Origin: Leucoraja ocellata
Lineage: Eukaryota
NCBI GenBank assembly: GCA_036785375.1
Contig: JAWMAR010000193.1
Span: 4,154,001 to 4,218,000 of the forward strand
Reading direction: 5' to 3'
DNA: 64,000 bases
Position 1 is the stretch's first letter. Every line of letters starts with the position of its first letter. This document shows, piece after piece, positions 38,001 to 52,650 of this stretch. The translations under genes were made by a program, and so were the position numbers. Below the pieces are notes generated by a model. It saw only the letters and a program-made list of their open reading frames with translations. It ran no database searches and was not told the origin of the DNA.

Positions 38001-39745
38001 GTTCAACAGCCTGTCAATGCCAGCATAAAATGTCAGCCTTAGTCATGAGGTAGAAATTGGAGCATGTGACACTAATTTTTCAGCTGCAAAATACTCAGGC
38101 ACACCAATTTCAGCAATAAGATAGACTGCACTCATTCTCTACAGGCTTTGACCTCATTGCTCAATTCACAATTTTAATGCAACCCGGTCATCTTCTTGAA
38201 ACAAACATACAACCATTGAACTATACTAAAGGGAATAATCACTTACAAAAATGTGTTATTGGTGTCCCTGTATGCCTAAGATCATCCCGTCGCACCTTGA
38301 TATTTCCAATTAAAGCAATAGAATTTACCTACAGACTATCTTCTGTTCCGTCCAAATATTGAGAAATTGTGACTTGTTGCCTTATCAATTCAATTGGAAA
38401 ATGCTGCTTTTTGTTCAGTTTAAACAATTTGTTTCCAGAAAAGAAGATTGAAAAGGGATTTGGGGTCATTTTATTTTACCCTATTACTTTGTCAAAAGTG
38501 CATTCTAAAGTGAGTCACCTTGATCCTTCTGATGTGGCATTGGCATTGGCTTGATGGAATGATGCCATTGCCTATGCCTCCCCATCTGAGAGCATTGTGA
38601 AGAAGGTAGACTAAATTCTATCTCGATCATCCACTTTTGAATAATGGGTGGCTGTCCAAGATAACTGGGTCTTCACCACATTACCGCGAATTCGGAAGCA
38701 ATTGAATCCCTTAGTTAACTTTCTTCTTTCAGGTTTACCCCCTAATACTTCATCCACCACCCTTTCCCTCCAAATCTTGATGTCCACCTCACTAGGTCCA
38801 GATCCTGACGCTCCTGAACGCCATAATCCTCTAATATACAGGCCCCAACCAACACCCCATCCCAATCCCCCCGACCTCCCACATTCCACCTTGCTTTCCC
38901 AGATGGCAGCTGTATTTTCTAACCACTCATATTCACCAGAACTCCCACCCATAACTTGACTCATGGCCCTCCTATTCCTTGCCTTGTGATTTTGGACCCC
39001 TTTATCCAAACTTCAATCATTTAACAAAAATATGCAACACTAAAAACTAAAGTCTGCAGTGGAATGGTGGGGTAGGCAAAACATTTGTGACTGTTTCCCC
39101 ACTCCAAAACCAGGCTGCCATGCACAATTGAGATCTTTACATTTTTATGGTAATTGTGCAAAAATACCATTATAATGTGGCAATTCAACATATAACTTTA
39201 TCTTTTGCACTTTATCTTTTACTCTTTCTCTGCGCATAGAAGTTCTTGGTAGCCATATTGTTGCTGAAATATGTCGAGTTGCTGTAATGTGGAGGGGTTG
39301 TAATTTTTATTTCTTTAAATACCACCAAGTTTCCCAGTGTAACTATGAAATGCCAGTAACAAAAAATAAAAAATAAAGGAAAAACCCTGAAAGATAACAA
39401 GACTGAGGAAAACAGAAGTAAAACTTGGCATGGTAGCAAGTCAGGCAGTTTAGGCTTGTAATCAGCATGTACCAATAAGGGTCTGTCATTTCCTGGCTAA
39501 TGAAGGCTGTGGTTTTATTTGCTTTGTTTGTGATTATTTCAGCTATCTACACCTAACAGTTAGAGTTCCCACAAGAGCTAAACAGTATGGGGAAGCAAAA
39601 ATTCCAAGTAAAATTGCAGTTCTTCAAAGCTGTACATTGTGACTCGAGAGATGCCAAGTCACTCAGGCTTGTGCAGCAAGATTGGTCTGTGCAGAACTGA
39701 CATTCTTCTCCCTCCCTCCCTCCCTTCCCCAATGTATAATTTTAG

Positions 39746-39934
39746 GAAAGACAGTAGGTTGCACGACAGATCTCGAGGAGTACTTTGCCAAACGGAAGCT
39801 CGAGGAAGGAGACAGCCATGCGGTTAGCATTGCAGAATACTTGCAGCGGAGTGACACAGCCATTATCTACCCGGAAGCGCCTGAAGAACTGTCCCGGCAT
39901 GGAACACCAGAGGCCAATGGGCAAGAGGAAAATG
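39746..39934 (+). CDS. ZEB2: ZEB2 coding exon (human exon 5 equivalent), 189 bp
   Basis: ttttag|GAAAG...AATG|gtgagc; [11 protein letters not shown]...[18 protein letters not shown]. Confidence 0.97.
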
Positions 39935-41080
39935 GTGAGCCTCTGCCAGCCCAGTAGTCATTATATTGATATTTTCTGCTCATAAGTTCAGCTGGTGCTT
40001 ATCCTCAAACATTGGGACATTTGTTCCAGCTTTCAGAGGCCTTGTCTGAAATATAGAGTTACACACTTTGCCATTGGCATTCATATATGTCATTTTATGG
40101 ACTCCATTTTACAACTTCCTATGCTTTACCCCACACACATACATTATAAATGCTACTTCAATCAAGTGAGTAGTCACTGTCATGTGAGTTGTAGATATAG
40201 CATAGGGATACTTGATTACTGTTCATAGAAAGACTTTACCTAAATACGACAGCTTGTTGAAGTTATTTTAAAATTGGTATCCTGCATAACTACTCTCATG
40301 ACCTTCACACAGAACTTATGCTTAACTCTTTGAATGATTTTTCATGCACAACCAGTGACATTTTATGCAGTGAAATGATTGCATGCTGATATACAGCTCT
40401 CAAATGCTGTACACAGCAACTGCCAGTAAAGATTGCAATAGTTTGGTTTAGAGATACAGCGCGGAAACAGTCCGTTTGGTCCATTGAGTCTACACAGACC
40501 AGCGACCCCTCACACTAATGCTGTCCTACACATACTAGGGACAATTTACCAAATACACAAAGCTAATTAACCGACAATTAAAAACAGAAAGTCCTTTAAC
40601 ATTCAGCAAGCCAGACAGCTTCTGTGGAAAGAGACATAGAGTTAACATTTCAAGTTGAAGATTCCTCATATGAACAGTGAAGGTTGATGTATTGTCACAT
40701 GCTGGAAAATGAAAACAAATTAATTTATCTCCCGGGAGGTTTAGATGACCATTATAACTGCTCTTCTTTGGGCATTTGTAGGGATTTAAATTTGATCAGT
40801 TTTGAGACGCATGGTTATTATACCAGGTCTCTCAAATTAACCAAGGTACAGATAATTATCCATTGACTTCCCATTGGAAAAGGTAGGATTGCAAATGGAT
40901 ATTGGATAAGAACAAAATATAGTTTGCAAGCGACGATCCCACCATCTCTATTTTACAAACATGGTTCTGTGCCTTATTATACACAAATGCATTTTGATGC
41001 CTATTTGGGGGGGGGGGGGGGGGGGGGGTAGGGTGTGCTACTAATATTCCACTTTGTTAATGTCTCTGAATCATGGACAA

Positions 41081-41397
41081 TTTAGTTTAGTTTAGAGATA
41101 TAGGCAGGAAACAGGCTCACTGAGTCCATGCCAACCATCGATCACCCCTTTCACACAAGTTCTATGTTATCCCACTTTCGCATCTACTCCCTACACACTA
41201 TAGGCATTTTACAGAAGCCAATTAAACTACAAACCCAAACGTCTTTGGGAGCGAACAGAGCACCTGGAGGAAACCCATGCGGTCACTAGGGGAATGTGCA
41301 ATCTCCACACAGCCAGCACCTGAGGTCAGGATCGTACACAGACTGGTCTTTGCTGCTGTGAGGCAACAAGTCTACCAACGATGCCACTCTGCTGCCT
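41081..41397 (-). mobile_element. V-SINE (HE1-like)
   Basis: Antisense tail, V-domain and head. Confidence 0.75.
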
Positions 41398-41755
41398 AAT
41401 TTCCTGACTGGAAAATGGAATACAGTGGTCAGGAGGAAGTCTGGATTAAATGAGGGGAAAAGTAAGGCAGTTGTTTTTCTGAAAAGTTGAAATCAAACAA
41501 TTTGATCTTGTGATCTGATGACCAGGTCAACCAACAGTGACTCAGACTTAGACAGTGTTGCAACACCAGTTATTCCTTCTTCTGCCCTATTCCCATTCTG
41601 AAATGTGCACAAATGTTGTCTCTCTGATGAAAGCACAGGCAGAATGTCGGAAAGATGTTATGAGGATCAACTGGAAGTTCAGTTTTACAGTTGCTTTTTG
41701 CATAAACTGCTTTGGACCAATTAAAGGTCCAAAGCAGTTTGGGGATGTACTTTTT

Positions 41756-42082
41756 TGGTTTGGTTTAGAGAAACAGCGCGGAAACAGGCCCTTCAGCCCA
41801 CTGAGTCCCCACCGACCAGCGATCCCCACACACTAACGCAATCCTACACACACTAGGAACAATTTACAATTTTACCAAGCCAATCAGCTTACAATCCTGT
41901 ACGTCTTTGGAGTCTGGGAGGAAACTGGAGCTCCTGGAAATACCCATGCAGGTCACGGTGAGAACATAAAAGTCAATACAGGCAGCACCCGTAGTCAGGA
42001 TCGAACCGGATCTCTGGCACTGTAAGGCAACAACTATACTGCTGCATCACCTTCCCACCCTCACTGCGCTACCACGCCGCCC
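41756..42082 (-). mobile_element. V-SINE (HE1-like)
   Basis: Antisense tail, V-domain and head; a partial tail-only copy lies at ~40441-40575. Confidence 0.75.
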
Positions 42083-42734
42083 CAGTTGCTAGAGAAGCCA
42101 TGCCGCAGAAACATAATTGCTGGCCCTAAAATGTCCATTCCATTGGTCTATTGGAACTTGCTTCTATTATCTGGCCATTTCTGTTGCTGAGCAGTGGCAA
42201 CAGTTAGCAGATATGAACATTTCTGGAAAGTTATTCCCACTGCGTTAAAATGTATATGCACAAAGGTCACTGTTCAAAGCACAGATGCATAAACACTTCT
42301 ATGAACAAGAAGGAACTGGTTGAATAATTGTGAAAGAGCAACTTTCTTTTAATGCTCCTACATATTCAGTTGGCAACATTCAGGCAAATGATTTGACCCT
42401 CCTCGTGGGTGGGCATAATAACCTGCAATTTTGTCAGTCTGATGACTCAAGATTATAAAAATATCTTGAGTCATCAGGAAAAGAACATCAGTATTGTCAC
42501 TTTCCAAGCTTCAAGTACAAGTCTGCTGTTAAAATTGACAACCAAATGTTTAGAGCACGCCAAAGGTATTAGTGGTTGTTTGGTCAAACTTGATGGTGGG
42601 TCAGTGTGTCCTCTGAATTTCAGATATGCTGATGAGTGTTGAAGAAATAAAAGTTAAGTTTTATTTTTGCGAAAATGCTGCACCAACAATACCTATAGGT
42701 TTACGTAATGAGGAACGGGGTTTCCACCTGAGCA

Positions 42735-43730
42735 GAAAATGAACTGCTGGAAGAACTCAGTGGGTCAAGCACAATCTGTTGAGTCAAAGGGATGGTCAAT
42801 GTTTAGGGTCCAGAGCCTACATCATGACTTAGCGTGTAGTGGGAAGGTAGCCAGTATATGGAAGAGAAAGGAAGAAACGAGATAGAGGTGGTGGTTTGTT
42901 TCAGATAGAGTGGGGAAGGGGGTGGCGCTGAATGACAGAAGAAAATAGGTGAGTGAGGGGGCGAGTTGAGACAAAGTCTGGTAATTGACAGATGGAATTA
43001 GGTGCGGGTGGAGGAAGATGGGCAGATAGAACCAGGTGGGGGAGAGATAGGAGAGGTGAACAAAAGAGAATAAGCCCAGGAAACAAGTTTTGTGGGTGGT
43101 GGGCTGATGAGATTGGGTCCATCGGTCCCTCCACTTACTGACCAATTGAACTGGTTCCCATTGCCTGGGGGAAAAGGATAGGTAACATTTCCAGTCAGCA
43201 CCCTTCTTCAGATTGAAAGTCGGAGGGGGAGGGGGATGGGGGATGGAGGGGATAGATTGGAGAGGCAAGAAAAGGCCAGGCCAAATCGGGGCAGGCACCA
43301 GATGACTTCAAGCAGGGTGGTTCCCTTGTAGACCAAGGAAGATGTGATCTCAAGAGAGATGCTTTGTTGCAAACTGTGGAACAGGTTAAATGACCAGGGT
43401 GGAGGAAGGTTGCAAGGTATCTAAAGAAGGGTATTAGAAATTATTTAAACTTAGAGCATTTTACATTCATATCACAGGATTGTAAGCTACCCAAGCAAAA
43501 TGGGAGGTTCTGTTTTTCCAATTTGTGTGTGGCCTCACTCTGACAATGGAGGAGGCCCAGGTCAGAAAGGTCAGTATGAGAATGGGAAGGGGAGTTAAAA
43601 TGGTTAGCAACTGGGAGATTCTCATAGGCTTCGGCATAAGTTTTGAGCGAAACGGTCGGCTCGTCTATGCTTCGTCTTGCCGATGTACAGGAGCCCACAT
43701 CGGGAACTCCGGATGCAGTGGATGAGATGA
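42735..43730 (-). mobile_element. Penelope-like element 3' fragment (GIY-YIG endonuclease remnant)
   Basis: LIHCIRSSRCGLLYIGKTKHR, then frameshifted PVANHFNSPSHSHTDLS; purine-rich UTR and pLTR motifs on +. Confidence 0.8.
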
Positions 43731-45511
43731 GAGCTTCAGTCCAATTCTTAAATGTCCCCTGTAAGATCACAAAACCTACATGCTTGACCAGACTTTGGTC
43801 ACCTATCATTGAACAACTACAATGAAGGAGCACATTCAGCCCATTAGTTATATGTAGCCCTTGTAGAGCTATTCCAATGTGCTTTTCTTGCATGTTTTCC
43901 CCATGAAATTTTACTTTGTAAATTGTTTTCCTTATCACTCCCAAGAAGCGCTTTATTGTGAAAATACCGTCAGACAATTGGAGGTTGCTTTTACTATTAT
44001 TTGAATAGCTGAAGTTTATGAAGTTGTTCATTATATGTTATTAAAATTGACTAAAGTGGCTTTATTGCTGAATCAGTGGCAGGGCTGCCTTTTTTGATAT
44101 TCTTCCCTTTGGTTGTAAGCATAATGGTTCAATTATTTTCTTGATAATAATTACATTTTATGTACTCTGCCATCAGAGGAATATACTAAATTGGGAATAG
44201 GCAGGACAAACTCTAAACTGTGCTTTATAATGCCTCTGATGATCACATGCAGACTGTAAAAATGCACCTCATTTATATACAGCCAGAGCACAGCTGTGAA
44301 CATTTTAAAAGCACTGCTGGCCTCATGTGCAAGTGGTCCAGTTTCAACCAGCAGATGGGGAAAAAGGCATGACTGATTTTACTGAGAGAACTGTCACCCA
44401 TTCTCATGACTCTTGTTATGGTCCTAACTTGTCATTTGAATTCTTAATCGCCTCTGCTTACCTCACTTTTGCTACACCTTTGCCCCACTTTCAACCTTGT
44501 ACTAGCTTTAATGTTTGAAGTGTGGGCCTTGTACAGTAATGAAATCTATAATTCAAACTTGAGAGCAGTAAACATAAAAACACTAAAATGTGATTTCATT
44601 GACCATTAAATGGTCTTTAAAAAACATCATATTCTTTAAAATTATTTTATACAGATTGAAAAAATCTTGACTATTTTTATGATCCCTATTTTTGTCACAT
44701 TTTTAAACAGCAATCTGTGCCTCTTTAAATGTGGACGTGGTTTGCTATTTTAATATATCTTACTTTCTTACAAGGTTCAGCATATTCCAATTTTATCTTT
44801 CAACTTGGTTCCTTCTTAGTTGAATTCCGCATGCTGCCACTTTTTCTTCACGCAAAATATTCACAGCTGTACACACTTTCTTATTATTTTCATGTCACTG
44901 TAGTCAGAGCCAAATGCTCCCTGTAAAGAGTATGGAGCAAACTAAGTCCTTGCAAATTTCAGTGTCAAATGCAGGAAGTGATTGACTCTCTTTTAAACAA
45001 TGATTTTCTTGCATAATGACACTGTTTAACATATTTCTTGAAGGGAAAGCTCAATATACTAGTCTCCTCAGTAACATTTACATAATAATTAACAATATTT
45101 TAGTCTTAGACAAGAGCGTAAGTACAATTGACAGAATTTTGATTTATTTTAACACAGCATATAACATTAATATTTTAAATGCATATTATTTTGGCATAAA
45201 TTATCCTTTTTGCACATTAAAATATTGAAATATTAGATAATGCTGTAGAGCTATTTTGTAAATGTGTTAGTAAATTTTGAAAAGTAAACCAGATTTTTGT
45301 CTGAAGTTGCAACCACAGTATGAAATGACATGTATTAGCTTGGCCTGGATGTGCGTGGGGAATCGAAGTGTGCAGAGGCCACTGTAATGATGGCACTTGA
45401 AGCAGCAGATTGCAGCGATTCCTGTCATACCATCCAGGCAGTTATCCCATTAATTGCCATTGATTGCTGACCTCTTGGCCTATGCTCTCCCTTTCCCCTC
45501 CCTGGCTGCAG

Positions 45512-45726
45512 ACCTGCCACCTGGAACTCCAGATGCTTTTGCCCAACTGCTGACCTGTCCATACTGTGACCGGGGCTACAAGCGCTTGACGTCATTGAAG
45601 GAGCACATTAAATATCGACATGAAAAGAATGAAGACAACTTTGCCTGCCCTCTGTGCAACTACACATTTGCCTACCGCACCCAGCTTGAACGACATATGG
45701 CCACGCACAAGCCAGGGAGAGATCAG
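45512..45726 (+). CDS. ZEB2: ZEB2 coding exon (human exon 6 equivalent), 215 bp; N-terminal zinc fingers 1-2
   Basis: ctgcag|ACCTG...GATCAG|gtgggg; [43 protein letters not shown]. Confidence 0.98.
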
Positions 45727-48578
45727 GTGGGGCTCATCGATGGGTATGGGTAACCCTTAGAGGATAAATATCATTTTAATTGCCATTGACTATTAATTTT
45801 TTATGGCATTTTGAAGATGCAAATCTTTAATGGTAATAGCTCTAATTTAGGTTTAAATGGTTTTTTGATGGTCTTTTCCAGGATGATTTAATATCATGTA
45901 CTCACGACTGAATGAGCATTTTAATATCCAATTTAGAAACATTATCAGCACTTGAACTCTGTTTAAGTTTAGCTTAAGTTTCGGGTTTTACCTTCATTTT
46001 CAAAATCTCATTAAATTGGTGTTTCATCGTAATAATACCACTGTGCTCGTACCCCATAATCAACTTGGACGATTCATGCCTGTGTGGCCTCCAGTCCAGC
46101 TAATAACAGTAGCTCAAAGTAACTATTTTTTTTTTAAAGAATGTACCACCTCTGCTGATCATTCACATATTCTGCCTGTCATACTTGTTTCTTATTTTAA
46201 TAATTACTTACAACTTCCTTCCACTATGGATTACGTTTCATTGAGCAAATACACAGATTTCCAATTTTAAACGACTTTCTGATTGTGTGTTGCCAGTTTC
46301 TATTGATGTGTTTTGCCCACAAATCCTCTCCTCCCTCCAAAAAAATAATTTCTTCCAAGAGACTAAATTTTATGATTGTAATTGCTGACTTGGACTATAT
46401 CACAGAGGGAGGAAAAGTTAAGTTTACACAAAACTGTTTCTCCATTTTTTGGCATGCACTCGCATCCCGTTCTCAGTGGAATACTTTGCTGGATTAAATA
46501 TTACAATTTGAGTTATGCTGTGTAACTTCCTCTGGTTCCTCTTGGGAGATGTGAAATACCGTATATTGTAAATAGTAGTGTAAAACTGTATTTATTCCAT
46601 TGTTGCCATTTTAAGAGAATGACTTCATTCAAATATTTACCTTTGCACTTGACAGCTTTGTAACTTTGTAAGATGAGATAATTATCTATTGCATAGCAAA
46701 AAAAAACCCATTCCATTGGTAACTTTAAACATCGTTTAATAACTGTTTTATTTTGTAGTGATACGCTGATTTCATTTGTATTTTTTATATACCTCTTCCT
46801 GTCACTGTCACTTTATTATATTAAAAAAATCCTTTTCACCTTTAAGTGTAGGACATCCTGCATTAAAAATCGATTTTAAACTGTTTTCGGCAATCAGAGA
46901 ATGTGCTTTATTTAAAAAAAAACACAATGTTCATTTTATCTCAGCATTGTTATAAAGGTTGAGGGCAATATTTTGACCCTGATTTATAATTTTCTTTTGA
47001 AGGTTCAAATATTACAGATGCCCTTTGTCGTGAAAATAATTCACGCCCACAGAATAACGACGTTCTCATTTTTACTGATGGCACTTTAACACAATAAAAT
47101 AGGATTCAGCAAGCATCACTCAGACCGACACACTCAAGCTTTGTGGGCCACATTCCCTTATTTTATTTTATTTTAGCTGCTGCACTGAATCTGCAGCGGA
47201 GATCCATGGTTTCCAGTGCTCCAGATGAGGGAAGCTGGACTTTTATTTTGCTTAGCTGGGAGCTCAATTGCTACTTGCAGAATTTAGCATAATGTAAATT
47301 GTCACTGGTGTCAAATCACTGGAGGTGGGATCAGTTATATTAAAGAATGCCACCAATGCTGAGAGCACAGTGCAGCTGTAGTTGACAGTTCCCCATCAAT
47401 ATAAAACCACTTTAATATTCTGCAAGGGCTTTACTAAAATTATTTTTGTTTAGCATAGGTGTAATTGAATACAAAACCTTTCCTTCTTTTATCTGAAGGA
47501 TTAAGAATACTGAATATAAAAGAATAATATTCCCATTCTCAAAAGTATATGCCTATGTTTCCATGCCAAATTCATACTATTTTCAATGTATTTGGCTGGC
47601 TTATTGTTTTCCCAGTGTGTGTCTCGTGTTGTTTCTTTTTTTCCATTGCCATTGTTTTTAAATTTTATTTATTTGTGTTTAGCTTCAACATTGAAAAAAA
47701 AATCCCATAATTTAATCGCGGTACTCCCACATAGTAATTACAAATGATTGTTTCATATTATCAGAGGCGCAACTAAAGTTTGCATCAGTTCTCTAAGGAT
47801 TGAGGGGAGACAAAGCAGCTGTTGCTGTTTGTTTATGCAGCTCAGCAACATATGAGCACCAGCCCCACACTGGCGCTCTGCAGGCCAGGGTTTGCTTGAT
47901 CTTTGAAGGTTGCTGCTGTTTGAACAAACCTCCCTGTGTCCTGTCCAACACCATCTGTCTCACCAGGAATGTGGGAAGAGTCAGCACACCCTAGCAGTTG
48001 TCACACTGTTCAGTCCTGTTCCTTTGCAAAGCTTTTGTGTCTTGCTAGTTTAGAAAGCTGACCTCCTACCTTGAGTATCCGCTGTCATCAATTTCATTTG
48101 TTGCCAGTTAATATTCATATTGTGTTTTGTGCCAGATGTTTAAGAAAGGTCAGCTCTGTTGAGATTTTAACTATTTTTTTACACACACATAATGCCACAA
48201 AGAGTTGCATATTAATTCATTTTAACTATTAACCTGCAATTGCTGAAATATTACATCCACATTAAATAAGCACATTCCCAAGACAAGATTAAATACATTT
48301 CTGTTTCTGGCTGCTACAATATCAATGAGACTATAAAATGTTATATACGGAGAGACATTTTAGGTGGTGTTATTATCCATTATAGCCATATATATCTTTA
48401 AAAATATATATAATCTTGTGTGATGCGAGATCTGAACTGCTTACCAGTTCTTTGAAAAAACATTATGTGAAAGACAAACAGATTCAGAAGCTTGCTGGTG
48501 TCTGAGTTGCTTATATATGAATGGGGTTTATTTGACAGGCTCTGCTGTTAGCTGTGACCATTCACAAATGTCTCTTAA

Positions 48579-48743
<165 letters not shown>

Positions 48744-49188
48744 TAGCCTGCCCATTCAAAGTTATATTTCGAATGGTGAGAAGAGGTTTTATAAATATGT
48801 TCCTGGAGTGGGGTTTCACCTGCGAAATGACTGGAAGTTCAGGAGCAGAGAGCTCAGTATACCCTGCAGGGCATCTGTCCATTAAAATTATTATCCAGAA
48901 AGCCTTAAGGGGACGGCCGATCTCATCTCCTGATCTCCTGAAATGTGCTCCAAGTTGTATGAGCTCCACACCATAAAGCCAAAGTTGCTGAATTATTCTT
49001 ATGAAATTGATTGTTATCAAACAACAATTAAGAAGCGTAGAAAGTATGGTGATCCTGGATATGTCATTATTCTGGATGAACTAATTTCTTCTCCTGTATA
49101 TGTAACTCACTACATTTCATGAAGTCTATCTGTTTGATGTGCATTGATATCTACATTAAAATTCAATGGTTCAAAATATTTATTTCAG

Positions 49189-51164
49189 GTGAAAAGCCAT
49201 ACGAGTGTCCAAACTGCAAGAAGCGCTTCTCTCATTCCGGGTCCTACAGCTCCCACATCAGTAGCAAGAAGTGCATTGGCTTGATTTCGGTCAATGGCAG
49301 GATACGACCCAGCCTGAAAGCGGGCTCCTCTCCTACTTCAGTCTCCTCCTCTCCTACCAATTCAGCAATTACCCTGTTGAGGCACAAACTGGAGAACGGC
49401 AAGCCTCTTGGTATTCCTGAGCAGCCAGGACTACTTAAAATCAAGACAGAGCCACTAGATTTCAACGACTACAAGGCCATGATGGGTTTCCCAAATGGTG
49501 GAATGGGAACTGACAGCCAGATGTCGATCAACAGTTCAGTTCTAAGTCCCATGCAGCACTTTGGAGTAGGCATGGAAGCACACATATTAAGCTTTGCAAA
49601 TGTAGCAAGCGGTAACTTAAGTGAAGTCCAAAAAGTCCTCAAAATTGTTGACAATACAGTGTGTAGGCAAAAAATGGACTGCAAATCTGACGAGATTTCA
49701 AGACTTAAAGGTTATCATGTGAAAGAGCCACAATCTCAAGCTTCCCTGGCTGAGGAGCAAGGAATTACCTCCCCTGTAATGCCATCAGTTGGTCTTCCAG
49801 TTGTCAGCCATAATGGTGCCACTAAAAGTATTATTGACTACACACTAGAGAAGGTGAACGAAGCCAAAGCTTGTCTCCAGAGTTTGAACACAGACTCACA
49901 AAGGCAAGTGAACAATTTGAAGAAAGACAGGATACGGAACATGAGTTGCTCTGCATTAGATCTTGGCATGGAGGAAAAGACATTTAACAACAGCATCATA
50001 TCTCCTTACTCCTGCCAGTTCTGCAGGGAGATTTTCCCTGGTCCCATTCCCTTACATCAGCATGAACGCTACATGTGCAAGATGAATGAAGAAATCAAGG
50101 CTGTGCTACAGCCTATTGAAGCGATTTCCAATAAACCAGTAATGCTGGGTGAAAGGCAAGCTTATATGTTGTCCTCCCTTCTTTCAGAAAAAAATATCCC
50201 CAACCCCATACATACTTATAAGGACCACATGTCTGTATTAAAAGCTTATTACGCCATGAATATGGAGCCAAATTCTGAAGAACTACTGAAAATTTCCATT
50301 GCTGTTGGCCTCCCTCAGGATTTTGTAAAAGAATGGTTTGAGCAAAGGAAGGTCTATCAGTTCACTAATTCCAGGTCACCCACACTGGAACGGACCAGTG
50401 CTGAGATGGCACTGACTACCATCGAGCCTTTCATAATTAAAGACTGTCTGTCAGCTAGGCATCCAACAGCAGCATTAAGATCGATGGACTCAATAACGTC
50501 ACCTTCGATAGCAGAACTGCATAACAGTGTTACTAATTGTGATGCACCTCTCAGGCTTAGTAAATCTCAGTTTATCAGTATTAAACAGATTGGTGATAAA
50601 ATGGACCACTCAAGGAGCAATACTCCTTCCCCTTTGAATCTTTCCTCTACTTCCTCAAAGAACTCCCATAGTAGCTCATACACTCCAAACAGCTTCTCTT
50701 CAGAAGAGCCTCAGGCTGAGCCACTGGACTTGTCTTTGCCAAGACAAAAGAATGAACATAAAAGCATTGTCACAGGAAAAATAAGAAATAAAGCCAATAG
50801 TATTATCATTGACCATAACAGTATTTCCTACCCATCAGAGAATTCAGATGAGCCCTTGAACTTGACTTTCCTGAAGAAGGAATTACCTAATATGAACAAC
50901 ATCCTAGACAAAAGCACTAAGCCAGTATACAGTACAAATCCATTTAGTGCCAAACCTTTGTACACAACTCTTCCACCACAAAATGCATTTCCCTCAGCTG
51001 CTTTCTTGCCTTCGGTCCAGAATAGTATTCCGGGTCTGCGACCGTACCCAGGGCTAGATCAAATGGGCTTCCTCCCGCACATGGCCTACACATATGCAAC
51101 AGGCGCAGCTACTTTTGCAGAATTGCAACAGAGGAGAAAGTACCAACGAAAGCAAACGTTCCAG
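49189..51164 (+). CDS. ZEB2: ZEB2 large exon (human exon 8 equivalent), 1976 bp: CCHC finger, Smad-binding region, central finger, homeodomain-like segment, CtBP motifs
   Basis: tttcag|GTGAAAAG...TTCCAG|gtaaca; [90 protein letters not shown]. Confidence 0.98.
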
Positions 51165-51974
51165 GTAACAGCAACCAACTGATTCTATCACATTTTTCAA
51201 ACTTTTATGAAAAAGTAAATCCGAAAGGATACGTTGAATGTTGTGATGGATTGATAAGGAAGTCTAGCTATATAAAGCTCGGCTACCTGCTACTTACTTC
51301 TTCAAGAGGACCAATTAAATGATAGTATATGATTAACATAAGAAAGATTTACAACAATGTAATAGTGCATCTTCACCAAATAATGTATATTTACAAGGAT
51401 ATATCAGGAAAGATGAATGTTCAGGGTTAAAGACAAAGTGCTGGAGGAACTCAATGGGTTAGACAGCATTTGGGGAGGGAATGGACATGACATTTCAGGT
51501 TGGGACCTTTATTCAGACTGTTTCTTTTTGCTTGAGAAAGGAAAGGTGAGGGCTGACCTAGAGGAGGTAATTGAAGTTATGAGAGCAATCGATAAGTTGA
51601 CAAGGGAGAATGTTTCCATTTGTGATCAAGTGCAAAACTAGAGGCCATCAATATAGGATAGTGGGTGAAAAATCCGGATAATTCAGAAGAAATGTATTTG
51701 CTGATAGAATGAAGAGACTAAACTACAGAGAGGGTGATTGAAGCGAATGATGCAAGAAGTATTTAAAAAGACAATAGACATCTATATGAGGGGGGTACTG
51801 AATATAGGGTTATGGCAATGAACGTAGCTGAGGAAATATAGGACGTTTTGATTCTTTGGGCTAAATAGTCTCTGTAAATATATTTTCCAAACAAATTCAT
51901 TTTTTGAAGTATAAAACCTCAATATTCCTTAATATCATTATTACATAAAACAAACCTATGCCTAATAATGGAAA

Positions 51975-52650
51975 CTAGACCGTTGGGTCCCGTCCCCTCA
52001 ATGCGTGGGGGGGCCTGCGGCATCACACACACACACTAACCACCCCCCACACACACGGGGGGGGGGGGGGGAGGGGGAGAGGGGGGGAGGGGAGGGGGAG
52101 GGGGAGAGGGAAGGTAGGGAGGGGAGAGGGGGAGGAGGGAGGGATGGGGGGGGAGAGCAGGGGGGAGAGGAGGAGGGGGGGCAGAGGAGGGAGAGAGTGG
52201 GGAGAGGGGGAGTGGAGAGGAGAGGGGGAGAGAGTGGGGAGAGGAGGGGGAGAGAGTGGGGAGAGGGGGGAGTGGAGAGGAGAGGGGGAGAGAGTGGGGA
52301 GGGGGGAGTGGAGAGGAGAGGGGGAGAGGAGAAGGGAGGGGAGAGGGTGAAGGGGGGGGGGAGGGGAGAGGGGTGGTGGAGAGAGAGAGGAGGGGAGAGA
52401 GGAGGGGGAGAGAGCAGGGGAGAGAGAGCAGGGGGAAGGGAGAGAGAGGAGGGGGGAGAGAGAGCAAGGGGGAGAGAGGAGGAGGGGGGGCAGAGGAGGA
52501 AGCGAGGGGGGAGGGGGAGAGAGAGGAGGGTAGAGAGAGAGGGGGGTGGGGAGGAGGGAGAGTAGAGGGGAGAGAAGAGTGGGGAGAGCGGAGGTGCAGA
52601 GGAGGGTAGTGGGGTGAGAGGGACTCATAGAGGGACACAGAGAGGGACAC
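51975..52650. repeat. G/A-rich low-complexity insertion
   Basis: about 560 bp almost entirely G and A on +, with ggggagagagtg-type subrepeats. Confidence 0.85.

Noticed and set aside
40999-41030. Poly-G run as a functional element
   Set aside because: Simple homopolymer of uncertain length with no supporting context
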